Of a stretch of DNA of 14,229 nt, positions 1 to 6,472 are shown one piece after another. Source of the DNA: Chthoniobacteraceae bacterium. GTDB taxonomy: Bacteria > Verrucomicrobiota > Verrucomicrobiia > Chthoniobacterales > Chthoniobacteraceae. The notes below the pieces were generated by a model. The model made no database searches and had not been told where the DNA came from. It saw nothing but the letters and a program-made list of their open reading frames with translations. The DNA is taken from NCBI GenBank assembly GCA_031409335.1, contig JANNWY010000237.1:1-14229 (forward strand). Reading direction: 5' to 3'. The translations under genes and the position numbers were made by a program. The number at the start of each line of letters is the position of its first letter. Position 1 is the stretch's first letter.

Positions 1-91
1 CGAGTTGACCGATGGGCTTCCCAGTAGCCATCAGCGCGACGGCCTGCGCTTTGAACTCGGCTGTGTATTCTTTGCGTTCTTTGGTTTTCAT
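1..91 (-). CDS. IS3-family transposase OrfA, N-terminal 30 aa (partial)
   Basis: Manual translation from ATG at 91 gives MKTKERKEYTAEFKAQAVALMATGKPIGQL, matching the 'RKxYTxEFKxxAV' start of HTH_Tnp_1 OrfA proteins. Not in the ORF track. Confidence 0.88.
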   Translation of the reverse strand, partial: MKTKERKEYTAEFKAQAVALMATGKPIGQL

Positions 92-141
92 TCTTGTTCC
101 TTCTTTTAGTGGGTTCCGGTCCAAGAATCTAGCGCACCTCA
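1..141 (-). mobile_element. IS3-family insertion sequence, left end (element continues beyond window start)
   Basis: The minus strand from 141 reads TGAGGTGCGCTAGATTCTTGGACCGG, a 5'-TG terminus resembling IS3-family IRs. It is followed by a purine-rich RBS (AAGAAGGAAC) and an OrfA-type reading frame. The boundary coincides exactly with the break in a host ORF. Confidence 0.85.
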
Positions 142-285
142 AAAGATGACCTGCGAGCCCAGCGAGAGATCCCACAAGTCGGTGGTCACGCCTTCGGAAT
201 TCGGGTCGAGTTGAAACACCGGCGCAGCCGAGACAGAGGAGATGGTGGCGAGGAGGATGGCGGGGAGAGCAATGGGCAATTTCAT
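139..285 (-). pseudogene. 5' part of a secreted-protein gene interrupted by the IS3 element
   Basis: ATG at 285 gives MKLPIALPAILLATISSVSA-APVFQLDPNSEGVTTDLWDLSLGSQVIF (48 aa), a Sec-type signal peptide plus a mature start. The in-frame stop is the IS terminal TGA (141-139). Confidence 0.75.
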
Positions 286-346
286 AGGATAAAAAATACC
301 GCTCCCCTCCCGCGATTCACTACGCCTAATGGTTCAATCATTGCCA

Positions 347-1273
347 CTATCCTCTCACGGTGGCGGATGTGTGAGGATGTCTCGTCCGGTAAACGCTTGG
401 GCTTGCGCCAAACTCGCGCTGGAAGAGGCGGTTGAAAAACGAGAGCTGGTTGAAGCCGTGGCTGAAAGCGATGGAACCGATGGGCTCCGCAGTGTCGAGC
501 AGGGCGCGGCAGACGGCCTGGAGGCGCACTTGATTTAAGAAAGTGGAAAAGGTTTTCCCCGCGTGCCGCTGGAATTGCCGGGCGAAAGTCGCGCGGCTCA
601 TGCCGCTGAGGCGCAGGAGCGCGTCGAGGCGGATCGGCTCGCGGTAGTGCGCGAGGATGTAGCTCACCGCGCGGCGCACGGCTTCCTGCTGCTCGTCGGT
701 GCCATCCATGGAAAAGGGCAGCGCGCCGAGCGGGCGCACGTCGCCTTTCGGGGCAGCGGCGAGGATGGCGAGGAGTTGCAGGAAAGCGGCGAGGCGCGGG
801 AGGCCGGTGAGATTGGAAAGCTCGGCCATCGCGGAGGCGGTGCGCCGGGCCGTGTCGCCATGCAGATGCAGCCCGCGGAGCGCAGATGCGGCGAGGGCGC
901 GGAGTGGCTCCGCCGTTTCGCCAAAGCTCCAGATGCCGTGATCGTGCGGAAAATCCCACTGCACGGACAGGCCCGCCGAACGTCCGCGCGAGTGCCAGTA
1001 GTGCGGCACATTCGCGCCAATGAGCACGAGATCGCCCGCCTCGAAAAGCTCGATGTGATCCGCCACAAAACGCGTGCCCACGCCGCGCTCAATCAGCGTC
1101 AGCTCCATCGCGCGATGGTAATGCCAGTGATCGCCGTGGCCCTGGATGGGTCGCGTGCTCCCGGCGCGGACGACGGCCACGCGGTTCACACTGCCGACCC
1201 AGCGGAGCAGGCGGAAAGTCTCGTCGGCGGCGAGACTGATGTCTTCGAGCTGGGAGGGCATGGGTGGCATCAT
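347..1273 (-). CDS. AraC/XylS-family transcriptional regulator with N-terminal cupin domain
   Basis: Cupin motif WHYHRAMELTLIERGVGTRFVAD...GDLVLIGANVPHYW and a C-terminal double HTH (GMSRATFARQF...IAFSHGFNQLSFFNRLFQREFGASPSVYR). The start is uncertain (1273, 1270 or 1261); the ORF-track extension to 1336 overlaps the divergent promoter region. Confidence 0.93.
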   Translation of the reverse strand: MMPPMPSQLEDISLAADETFRLLRWVGSVNRVAVVRAGSTRPIQGHGDHWHYHRAMELTLIERGVGTRFVADHIELFEAGDLVLIGANVPHYWHSRGRSAGLSVQWDFPHDHGIWSFGETAEPLRALAASALRGLHLHGDTARRTASAMAELSNLTGLPRLAAFLQLLAILAAAPKGDVRPLGALPFSMDGTDEQQEAVRRAVSYILAHYREPIRLDALLRLSGMSRATFARQFQRHAGKTFSTFLNQVRLQAVCRALLDTAEPIGSIAFSHGFNQLSFFNRLFQREFGASPSVYRTRHPHTSATVRG

Positions 1274-1386
1274 TGGCCGGATTCTGGGGAAGATCAATGC
1301 GCCAAAGTGAGATGATAGTGTCAGTGTTTGCATCATCAGGCGTAGCGCGTCGCGAAAGTAACGTGTTAGTCTCGCCGTTCCTATTT
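1274..1386. promoter_or_regulatory. Divergent promoter region between araC and the isomerase gene
   Basis: Intergenic region between head-to-head genes. Candidate -10 TAACGT at 1359-1364 (+) and CAGAAT 7 nt upstream of the araC ATG at 1273 (-). Individual elements are tentative. Confidence 0.5.
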
Positions 1387-2430
1387 ATGAGCATCCCCAC
1401 CACTTACCGTTTTTCTTTCGGCCCCTGGAACATCAGCGAAGGAGCCGACCCTTTCGGCCCGGCGACCCGCGCGATTTTCGATCACGAAGCGAAGTACGCA
1501 CTTTACCGCCCGCTTGGTTTTGAAGGCGTGCAGTTTCACGACGACGACGTGGTGCACGGCCTCGACGATTTGACCGCCGCGCAAGTGCTGCACAAGGCGG
1601 GCGAAGTCCGCACGATGCTCGCGAATCAAGGCCTGACGCCGGAATTCGTCGCGCCGCGCCTGTGGTTCGCCGATCAGACTGCGGACGGCGGCTATACTTC
1701 CAATTCCGCGACCGACCGCCAATACGCGCTCGATCGCACGCTGCGCACGATCGACATCGCCCTCGCCATCGGCTCCAAGGCGATCGTGCTCTGGCTGGCG
1801 CGCGAAGGCACTTACATCCGCGAGGCGAAGAACGCGGTGACCGCGTACCAGCGCCTGCTCGAAGTCGTGAACCAGATGCTCGATCACGACAAGGAGATCG
1901 AAATCTGGATCGAGCCGAAACCGAACGAGCCCACCGACCAGGCCTACGTCCCGACCATCGGCCACGCGGTCGCGCTCGCCTACGCGTCGAACGATCCGAA
2001 GCGCGTCAAAGGTCTCATCGAAACCGCCCACGCACTCCTCGCCGGACTCGATCCTTCGGACGAAATGGCCTTCGCCCTCGCCCACGGCAAACTCGCCAGC
2101 GTCCACCTCAACGATCAGAACGGCCTCAAATACGATCAGGACAAAAACTTCGGCGGAGCCAACCTGCGCGCCGCGTTCAATCAAGTCCGTGTGTTGGAGG
2201 AAAACGGATACGGGAGCGCCGGCGAATTCATCGGCCTCGATGTGAAAGCCATGCGCACGCAAAAGGGTTCACCCGTCACCGCGCACCTCACTGGCAGCCG
2301 CGAAATCTTCCAGCACCTCGTGGAGAAAGTGCGGACCTACGACCGCGCGGTGGAGCAGGCATTCATCGCCGCCCGCGACTACGAAGGCCTTGAGCTTTTC
2401 ATCCTCAAACACCTCCTCGGCGTTCGATAG
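1387..2430 (+). CDS. xylA: Xylose isomerase-family (class I-like) sugar isomerase, substrate uncertain
   Basis: RFSFGPW, DPFG, FHDDD, DGGYTSN, WxxREG, IEPKPNEP, PTIGH, ETAH, KYDQD and C-terminal HLLG align colinearly with Streptomyces-type XylA. ATG 1387 is chosen because the similarity starts there. Confidence 0.82.
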   Translation: MSIPTTYRFSFGPWNISEGADPFGPATRAIFDHEAKYALYRPLGFEGVQFHDDDVVHGLDDLTAAQVLHKAGEVRTMLANQGLTPEFVAPRLWFADQTADGGYTSNSATDRQYALDRTLRTIDIALAIGSKAIVLWLAREGTYIREAKNAVTAYQRLLEVVNQMLDHDKEIEIWIEPKPNEPTDQAYVPTIGHAVALAYASNDPKRVKGLIETAHALLAGLDPSDEMAFALAHGKLASVHLNDQNGLKYDQDKNFGGANLRAAFNQVRVLEENGYGSAGEFIGLDVKAMRTQKGSPVTAHLTGSREIFQHLVEKVRTYDRAVEQAFIAARDYEGLELFILKHLLGVR

Positions 2431-2451
2431 GTGTGTTGGCAAACTCCCCTA

Positions 2452-2648
2452 CCGGAAGCCTGAAAGGCTGAAACAACCCAGCCCAGGGCAACGCCCTGGG
2501 TCACTGACCCACCCACCGTGCGAGACCTGCAAGGGCGGGACAATCTTCGCACGTCGGGATGTCCCGCCCCTTCAGGGCTTTCGTTGTTTTTGACGATGAC
2601 CCAGGGCGTTGCCCTGGGCTTTGTTGTTCCAGCCTTTCAGACTTTCGG
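2452..2648. repeat. Long palindromic REP-like/miniature element, family A (multi-hairpin arms)
   Basis: Outer arms 2452-2503 and 2597-2648 are imperfect reverse complements and include AGCCCAGGGCAACGCCCTGGGTCA / TGACCCAGGGCGTTGCCCTGGGCT. Inner arms are 2523-2542 and 2560-2579. It lies between convergent genes. Confidence 0.9.
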
Positions 2649-2702
2649 AAGACTGAGCTCACAGACCAGCCTTGGCGGTCACTCCGATTCAATCCGCGTC
2701 TC

Positions 2703-4007
2703 CTACACTTCCTCCAGCGCCTTCGTCGCGTCGCCGAACGTTTTCTCGTGGACGTTCATCTTGTCCATCATCGAGAGGAAAAGCCGGCACATCTGCCGCT
2801 CCGGCTTGCCGCTGTAATCAAGCACGCGCCCACCTTTGATCCGCCCGCCCGCGCCGCCGAGCAGGATCACGGGAAGCTGATCGTTGTTATGATTCCCCGT
2901 CATCATGCTCGAGCAATACATCAGCATCGTGTTATCGAGCAGCGTCCGCGAACCCTCCTGAATCGCCTCCATCTTCCGCGCGATGTACGCGATTTGCTCG
3001 ACGAAAAAAGTATTCACCTTGAGCCAGTCCGCGGTGTCGGAGTGTGACAGTAAGTGGTGGATCATGTAGTCCACGCCAAGGTTCGGGAAACGCAGCGAGC
3101 TATGATCGTTGTTTAGCTTCAACGTCGTGATCCGCGTCGTGTCCGTCTGGAAACCGAGCACCATGATGTCCGCCATCAGCCGCATGTGCTCCGCGATGTC
3201 CTGCGGGATGCCATCCGCCGGGCGCGGAATGTTCGGCTTGTCGAGCGTCGGCCGCCAGCCTTGCAACTCGCCCTTCTTCCCCGCGTTCTCGATGCGCTGC
3301 TCCACATCGCGCACCGAGTCGAGATACTCGTCGAGCTTGCGCTGATCGCCCGAGCTGATGTTCCGCCGCAAATCGCTCGCATCCGCCAGCACCGCATCCA
3401 GCACGCTCTTGTCGCCGCGATTCACCTCGTCCTTAAAAAGCCGGTCGAACGCGAGCGCGGGATACACCTCCAGCGGCGTCGGCGTCGTCGGGCTGCTCCA
3501 CGAAATGTGCGAGCTGTAGAGCATCGAGTAGTTCTTGTGGACCGACGGATTCGACTTCTCGCAACCCAGCACCAAGCTCGGCACCTTCGTCGAATTCCCG
3601 TACCGCTGCGCCATCAACTGGTCGATACTGGTCCCCGACCGAATCTCCCCGCCCGACGCCAGCGGCGCACCCGACAGCAGATTCCCCGTCTGCGAACTGT
3701 GAATGTTCCCCTTCATCGCCTCCGCATTATAAAGCCCGCGCACGAAAAGCATCTTCTCGCGAAAATCCGTCAGCGGCGAAAGCACCTTCCCCAGTTCCAT
3801 CGCCTTCCCCTCGCCCTTCGCCCACCATTCCTTCGAGTGAAACCCATTCCCTGAAAACATCACCGCCAGCCGCACCGGAGCCTCACTCGCCACCTTCGTC
3901 CCCACCGCCTCATCCCCCCACACCCGCACCGATTCCATCCACGGCAAAGCCATCGTGACGCCGAGGCCACGGAGAAAAGCGCGGCGGGAGAAGTGGTGAG
4001 TGCTCAT
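2703..4007 (-). CDS. DUF1552 (HXXSHH) family protein
   Basis: N-terminus SRRAFLRGLGVTMALPWMES; motifs RLAVMFSGNG, SIDQ, ISWSSPTTP, SVLDAV, DQRKLDEYLDSVRDVEQRI, FQTDTTRITT, HHLLSH, TLLDNT, LPVILLGGAGG. This is typical of the PVC/myxobacterial DUF1552 family. Confidence 0.92.
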   Translation of the reverse strand: MSTHHFSRRAFLRGLGVTMALPWMESVRVWGDEAVGTKVASEAPVRLAVMFSGNGFHSKEWWAKGEGKAMELGKVLSPLTDFREKMLFVRGLYNAEAMKGNIHSSQTGNLLSGAPLASGGEIRSGTSIDQLMAQRYGNSTKVPSLVLGCEKSNPSVHKNYSMLYSSHISWSSPTTPTPLEVYPALAFDRLFKDEVNRGDKSVLDAVLADASDLRRNISSGDQRKLDEYLDSVRDVEQRIENAGKKGELQGWRPTLDKPNIPRPADGIPQDIAEHMRLMADIMVLGFQTDTTRITTLKLNNDHSSLRFPNLGVDYMIHHLLSHSDTADWLKVNTFFVEQIAYIARKMEAIQEGSRTLLDNTMLMYCSSMMTGNHNNDQLPVILLGGAGGRIKGGRVLDYSGKPERQMCRLFLSMMDKMNVHEKTFGDATKALEEV

Positions 4008-4191
4008 GCCCAAAGAAATCACCAGCGGCGCATCTTCCTAGGCAATTTCGCGCGGAGAAGGTCGACGTCCCATCGGCTAGTTCCTTGACCGTCCCGGTTC
4101 GGTAAAGGGGAAACGTCTTGCACTCCACAACGCGGCTCGGCTACCTCTCCACGCCTCTCGGCTGGCGGGAGCGACCCAAAAACAACGCACT

Positions 4192-5250
4192 ATGAACATC
4201 ACCCATTGCCGGAAGCTCGCAATCATGTCGGCCGCCGCGGCCTGCCTCTTCGGTTCAGTGTCTCCGACCCACGCAGCCACTCTTACATTCGTCCAGAGCT
4301 TTGGAAGCCAGGGCTCCGGCAGCGGGCAGTTTAACACACCGGAGGGTGTCGCCGTTGACAGCGCGGGGAATGTTTATGTCGGCGACCTGAATAACAACCG
4401 GATCGTCCGTTTCAATCCGGCGGATTTCGCCGGTGCATTCACCTCCTTCGGAGGTGCCGAGCAGTTTTACAACCCACTCGGTGTCGCCGTGGATAGCGCG
4501 GGAAACGTCTATGTCGGCGACTTGAACAACAACCGGATTGACCGTTTCAACCCGGCGAACTTTGTGGGCACGTTTACCTCCTTCGGGAATACAGGCGGCA
4601 TCGGGCATGGGTCCGGCAGCGGGCAGTTTTTTGGCCCACGCGGTGTCGCCTTGGACAGCGCGGGGAATGTCTATGTCGTCGACTCCTTAAACAACCGGAT
4701 CGTCCGTTTCAATCCGACGAACTTCGCGGCTACGTTCACCTCCTTTGGCAGTTTGGGGTCCGGCAGCGGGCAATTTCATGAGCCGACCGGTGTCACCTTG
4801 GACAGCACGGGGAATGTCTATGTCGCCGACCATATCAACAACCGGATCGTCCGTTTTAATCCGGCGGACTTTGCGGGCACATTCACCACCTTCGGCAGTG
4901 CCGGGTCCGGCAGCGGGCAGTTTAGCAACCCGTACAGTGTCGCCTTCGACAGCGCGGGGAACGTTTATATCGCCGACTACGGCAACAACCGGATCGACAA
5001 TTTCAATCCGGCGGACTTCGCGGGCACGTTCACCTCCTTCGGCAGTGCCGGGTCCGGCAGCGGGCAGTTTAGCAGTCCGCTCGGTGTCGCGGTGGACAGC
5101 GCGGGGAACGTCTATGTCGCGGACACCGGCAACAACCGGATTGTGCAATTGAGCGGAGCAGCGCCAGTTCCCGAACCCACTTCCGCCCTGTTGCTGCTTA
5201 GCTCCGGGTGGATGTTTCTGTTCAAGAGACGGCGCAGGCCGGGACTGTAA
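4192..5250 (+). CDS. Secreted NHL-repeat (six-bladed beta-propeller) protein with PEP-CTERM sorting signal
   Basis: Signal peptide ending THA-A; six repeats of GQFxxPxGVAVDSAGNVYVxDxxNNRI; C-terminal VPEPTSALLLLSSGWMFLFKRRRR. Confidence 0.95.
   Translation: MNITHCRKLAIMSAAAACLFGSVSPTHAATLTFVQSFGSQGSGSGQFNTPEGVAVDSAGNVYVGDLNNNRIVRFNPADFAGAFTSFGGAEQFYNPLGVAVDSAGNVYVGDLNNNRIDRFNPANFVGTFTSFGNTGGIGHGSGSGQFFGPRGVALDSAGNVYVVDSLNNRIVRFNPTNFAATFTSFGSLGSGSGQFHEPTGVTLDSTGNVYVADHINNRIVRFNPADFAGTFTTFGSAGSGSGQFSNPYSVAFDSAGNVYIADYGNNRIDNFNPADFAGTFTSFGSAGSGSGQFSSPLGVAVDSAGNVYVADTGNNRIVQLSGAAPVPEPTSALLLLSSGWMFLFKRRRRPGL
4300..5148 (+). repeat. Intragenic tandem repeat, six units, basic period 147 bp
   Basis: The Gln codon of the QF motif falls at 4327, 4462, 4624, 4771, 4918 and 5065 (spacings 135, 162, 147, 147, 147). 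The units are highly similar at the DNA level. Confidence 0.93.
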
Positions 5251-5265
5251 TTTGAACTCGTTAGA

Positions 5266-5405
5266 CTCGTTCCCAAGTTTCACTTGGGAATGCCTTGTTC
5301 CGCGAAGCTGTGCTTCGACCAAGCTCCAACCCTAAGTGCGCCCTCATTCGACGAAGCGCAGTTTCGGAGAATCGTTCGCTCCCAGATGGAACTCGGGGGG
5401 GTGAG
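5266..5405. repeat. REP-like inverted doublet, family B copy 1 (right arm degenerate)
   Basis: Left arm CTCGTTCCCAAGTTTCACTTGGGAATGCC...CGAAGCTGTGCTTCG (5266-5317, two hairpins). The inverted, decayed right arm is CGAAGCGCAGTTTCG...CTCCCAGATGGAACTCGGGGGGGTGAG (5352-5405). The left arm recurs at 6113. Confidence 0.82.
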
Positions 5406-5432
5406 GAATCAATGACCCGCCAATCCACTCCG

Positions 5433-5832
5433 CTACTCCGGGCAGATCAGCGCGACTGTGGGAAAGTAAGTGCGGTAGCGCGTCGCGGCGCGTGTCAGCA
5501 GTTTCAGCCCCGGCGACTTCCGCGCGCGCGCCGATGAAAAAATCCGGTAGCGGTGAAACCCGCGTCCCGCCTTGGCGGCGATACTTTACGAATGCTTGCG
5601 AGGCCGGCCATGCGGCTTCGTAGGGCAGAGTCAGCCGCTGCAACGGCCAGTCTGCCAGTGCGGCGGCGAGTTCATCTTCGCTGCGATACGCCGGGGCTAC
5701 TTCCGCGTAGATCATCGGATTGATCGCCAGCCCCTCCGCGACGGATCGCGCGATGGCTTCCTGAGACCAGTCCGCCCAATTCTGATCGTCGGTCAGGAGA
5801 TCAAGCAGCACATTCGCATCGACCAGCACCAT
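5433..5832 (-). pseudogene. vapC: VapC-family PIN-domain toxin, frameshifted
   Basis: MVLVDANVLLD...INPMIYAEV...SPLPDFFIGA. After EVAG there is one extra G (CCCC at 5508-5511 on +). Removing it restores LKLLTRAATRYRTYFPTVALICPE* ending at 5433, the usual tail of this VapC subfamily (132 aa). Confidence 0.88.
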
Positions 5833-5833
5833 C

Positions 5834-6049
5834 CTAGTCTTCGCCCCGCGTCATCTTCAAAAAATCATCGGTCTTCAACCCGCTCGTGGCCGTCCCGCGC
5901 GCCCGGCGCAGCCACGGCAGAGCTTCGCTGCTGGCGGGCTTTATCTGCGCGATGTCCGGCAAAGTCACACTCACTTCCGCTCCTTCCGCGATCGCGATGT
6001 CCGGTGGCAACGTGATGATGCGATTGTGAAATCGAGCCAGGATCGTCAT
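5834..6049 (-). CDS. Putative VapB-type antitoxin (AbrB/AF2212-like N-terminus), 71 aa
   Basis: MTILARFHNRIITLPPDIAIAEGAEVSVTL...RRARGTATSGLKTDDFLKMTRGED. It ends 1 nt before the vapC ATG. The tail RGxATxGxxTDxxxxxTRG is typical of antitoxins paired with this VapC type. Confidence 0.8.
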   Translation of the reverse strand: MTILARFHNRIITLPPDIAIAEGAEVSVTLPDIAQIKPASSEALPWLRRARGTATSGLKTDDFLKMTRGED

Positions 6050-6086
6050 AACATCACCGTCCGCGAGACGCGGCGCGTTGGCAACG
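6050..6086 (-). promoter_or_regulatory. Candidate promoter/operator of the TA operon
   Basis: On the minus strand: TTGCCA (6084-6079), 17 nt, GACGGT, 6 nt, then ATG. The palindrome CGTTG-G-CAACG (6076-6086) overlaps the -35 box. Confidence 0.4.
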
Positions 6087-6112
6087 TAGATTGTGCCGCC
6101 AGTCGTTCGCAC

Positions 6113-6354
6113 CTCGTTCCCAAGTTCCACTTGGGAATGCCCTTTCCCCGAAGCTGCGCTTCGTCCATCCTCCGAGTCATCCGCAGCCGCGACCAAGCGC
6201 GACAACCCGACGCGGCCTACTTCGTCACCTCGACCGTCATCCAGTGGCTGCCCGTTTTCACGACCGCGGCACGCTACGACATCCTCGTCGAAGCTCTGGC
6301 ATGGTGTCGAGAGCACAAGGGGCTGCGCATGTCGAAGGGGAACTTGGGAGCGAG
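6113..6354 (+). mobile_element. Internally deleted REP-RAYT element (REPtron remnant), family B copy 2
   Basis: Left REP arm at 6113-6163 is near-identical to 5266-5317. A RAYT 5' fragment follows, then the right-end remnant GGAACTTGGGAGCGAG (6339-6354), a 15/16 reverse complement of 6113-6128. Confidence 0.8.
6179..6331 (+). pseudogene. REP-associated tyrosine transposase (RAYT, IS200-like Y1) N-terminal fragment
   Basis: IRSRDQARQPDAAYFVTSTVIQWLPVFTTAARYDILVEALAWCREHKGLRM matches the RAYT N-terminus (MRSRY...YFxTxTxxxWLPVF...IxxxxLxxCxxxKGLxI). The start codon appears mutated (ATC), and the frame breaks just before the expected HUH motif. Confidence 0.8.
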
Positions 6355-6472
6355 GAATACGAGGGGCCGCGGTTGACGGCGTCAGCCTTCCAGCGCCGAG
6401 TCGCGCAGTCCTTCGATGGCATTTACTGAGAAGGCTGGAGGATAGGCTACAGCAGCGATCATAATGCTGCCC

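Noticed and set aside
333..346. TGGCAATGATTGAA upstream of the interrupted secreted gene as a sigma-54 promoter
   Set aside because: Spacing is 2 nt short of TGGCAC-N5-TTGC and the -12 GC is absent.
2390..2817. Short ORFs 2390..2593, 2501..2692 and 2518..2817 with 'SPGQRPG'-type peptides
   Set aside because: They are translations of the palindromic family-A element; the same peptide appears on both strands because of the symmetry.
2703..4007. Treating SRRAFLR in DUF1552 as proof of Tat export
   Set aside because: The twin-arginine-like start is typical of the family, but export cannot be established from the sequence alone.
4300..5148. NHL repeats as a diversity-generating retroelement (TR/VR pair) or CRISPR array
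   Set aside because: Differences between units are not restricted to adenines, there is no reverse transcriptase or cas gene in the window, and the repeats are in-frame coding units without unique spacers.
5256..5271. 7-bp duplication ACTCGTT at the left edge of REP family B copy 1 as a target-site duplication
   Set aside because: Both copies are on the same side and the second overlaps the REP itself; Y1/HUH elements do not normally make target duplications.
5344..5432. C-terminal extension of the 162-aa VapC ORF in the track
   Set aside because: It is out-of-frame read-through caused by the +1 frameshift and runs into the REP element.
6050..6316. N-terminal 89 aa of the 160-aa ORF 5834..6316
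   Set aside because: It is the antisense of the RAYT fragment and REP arm; antitoxin-like sequence begins only at Met 6049.
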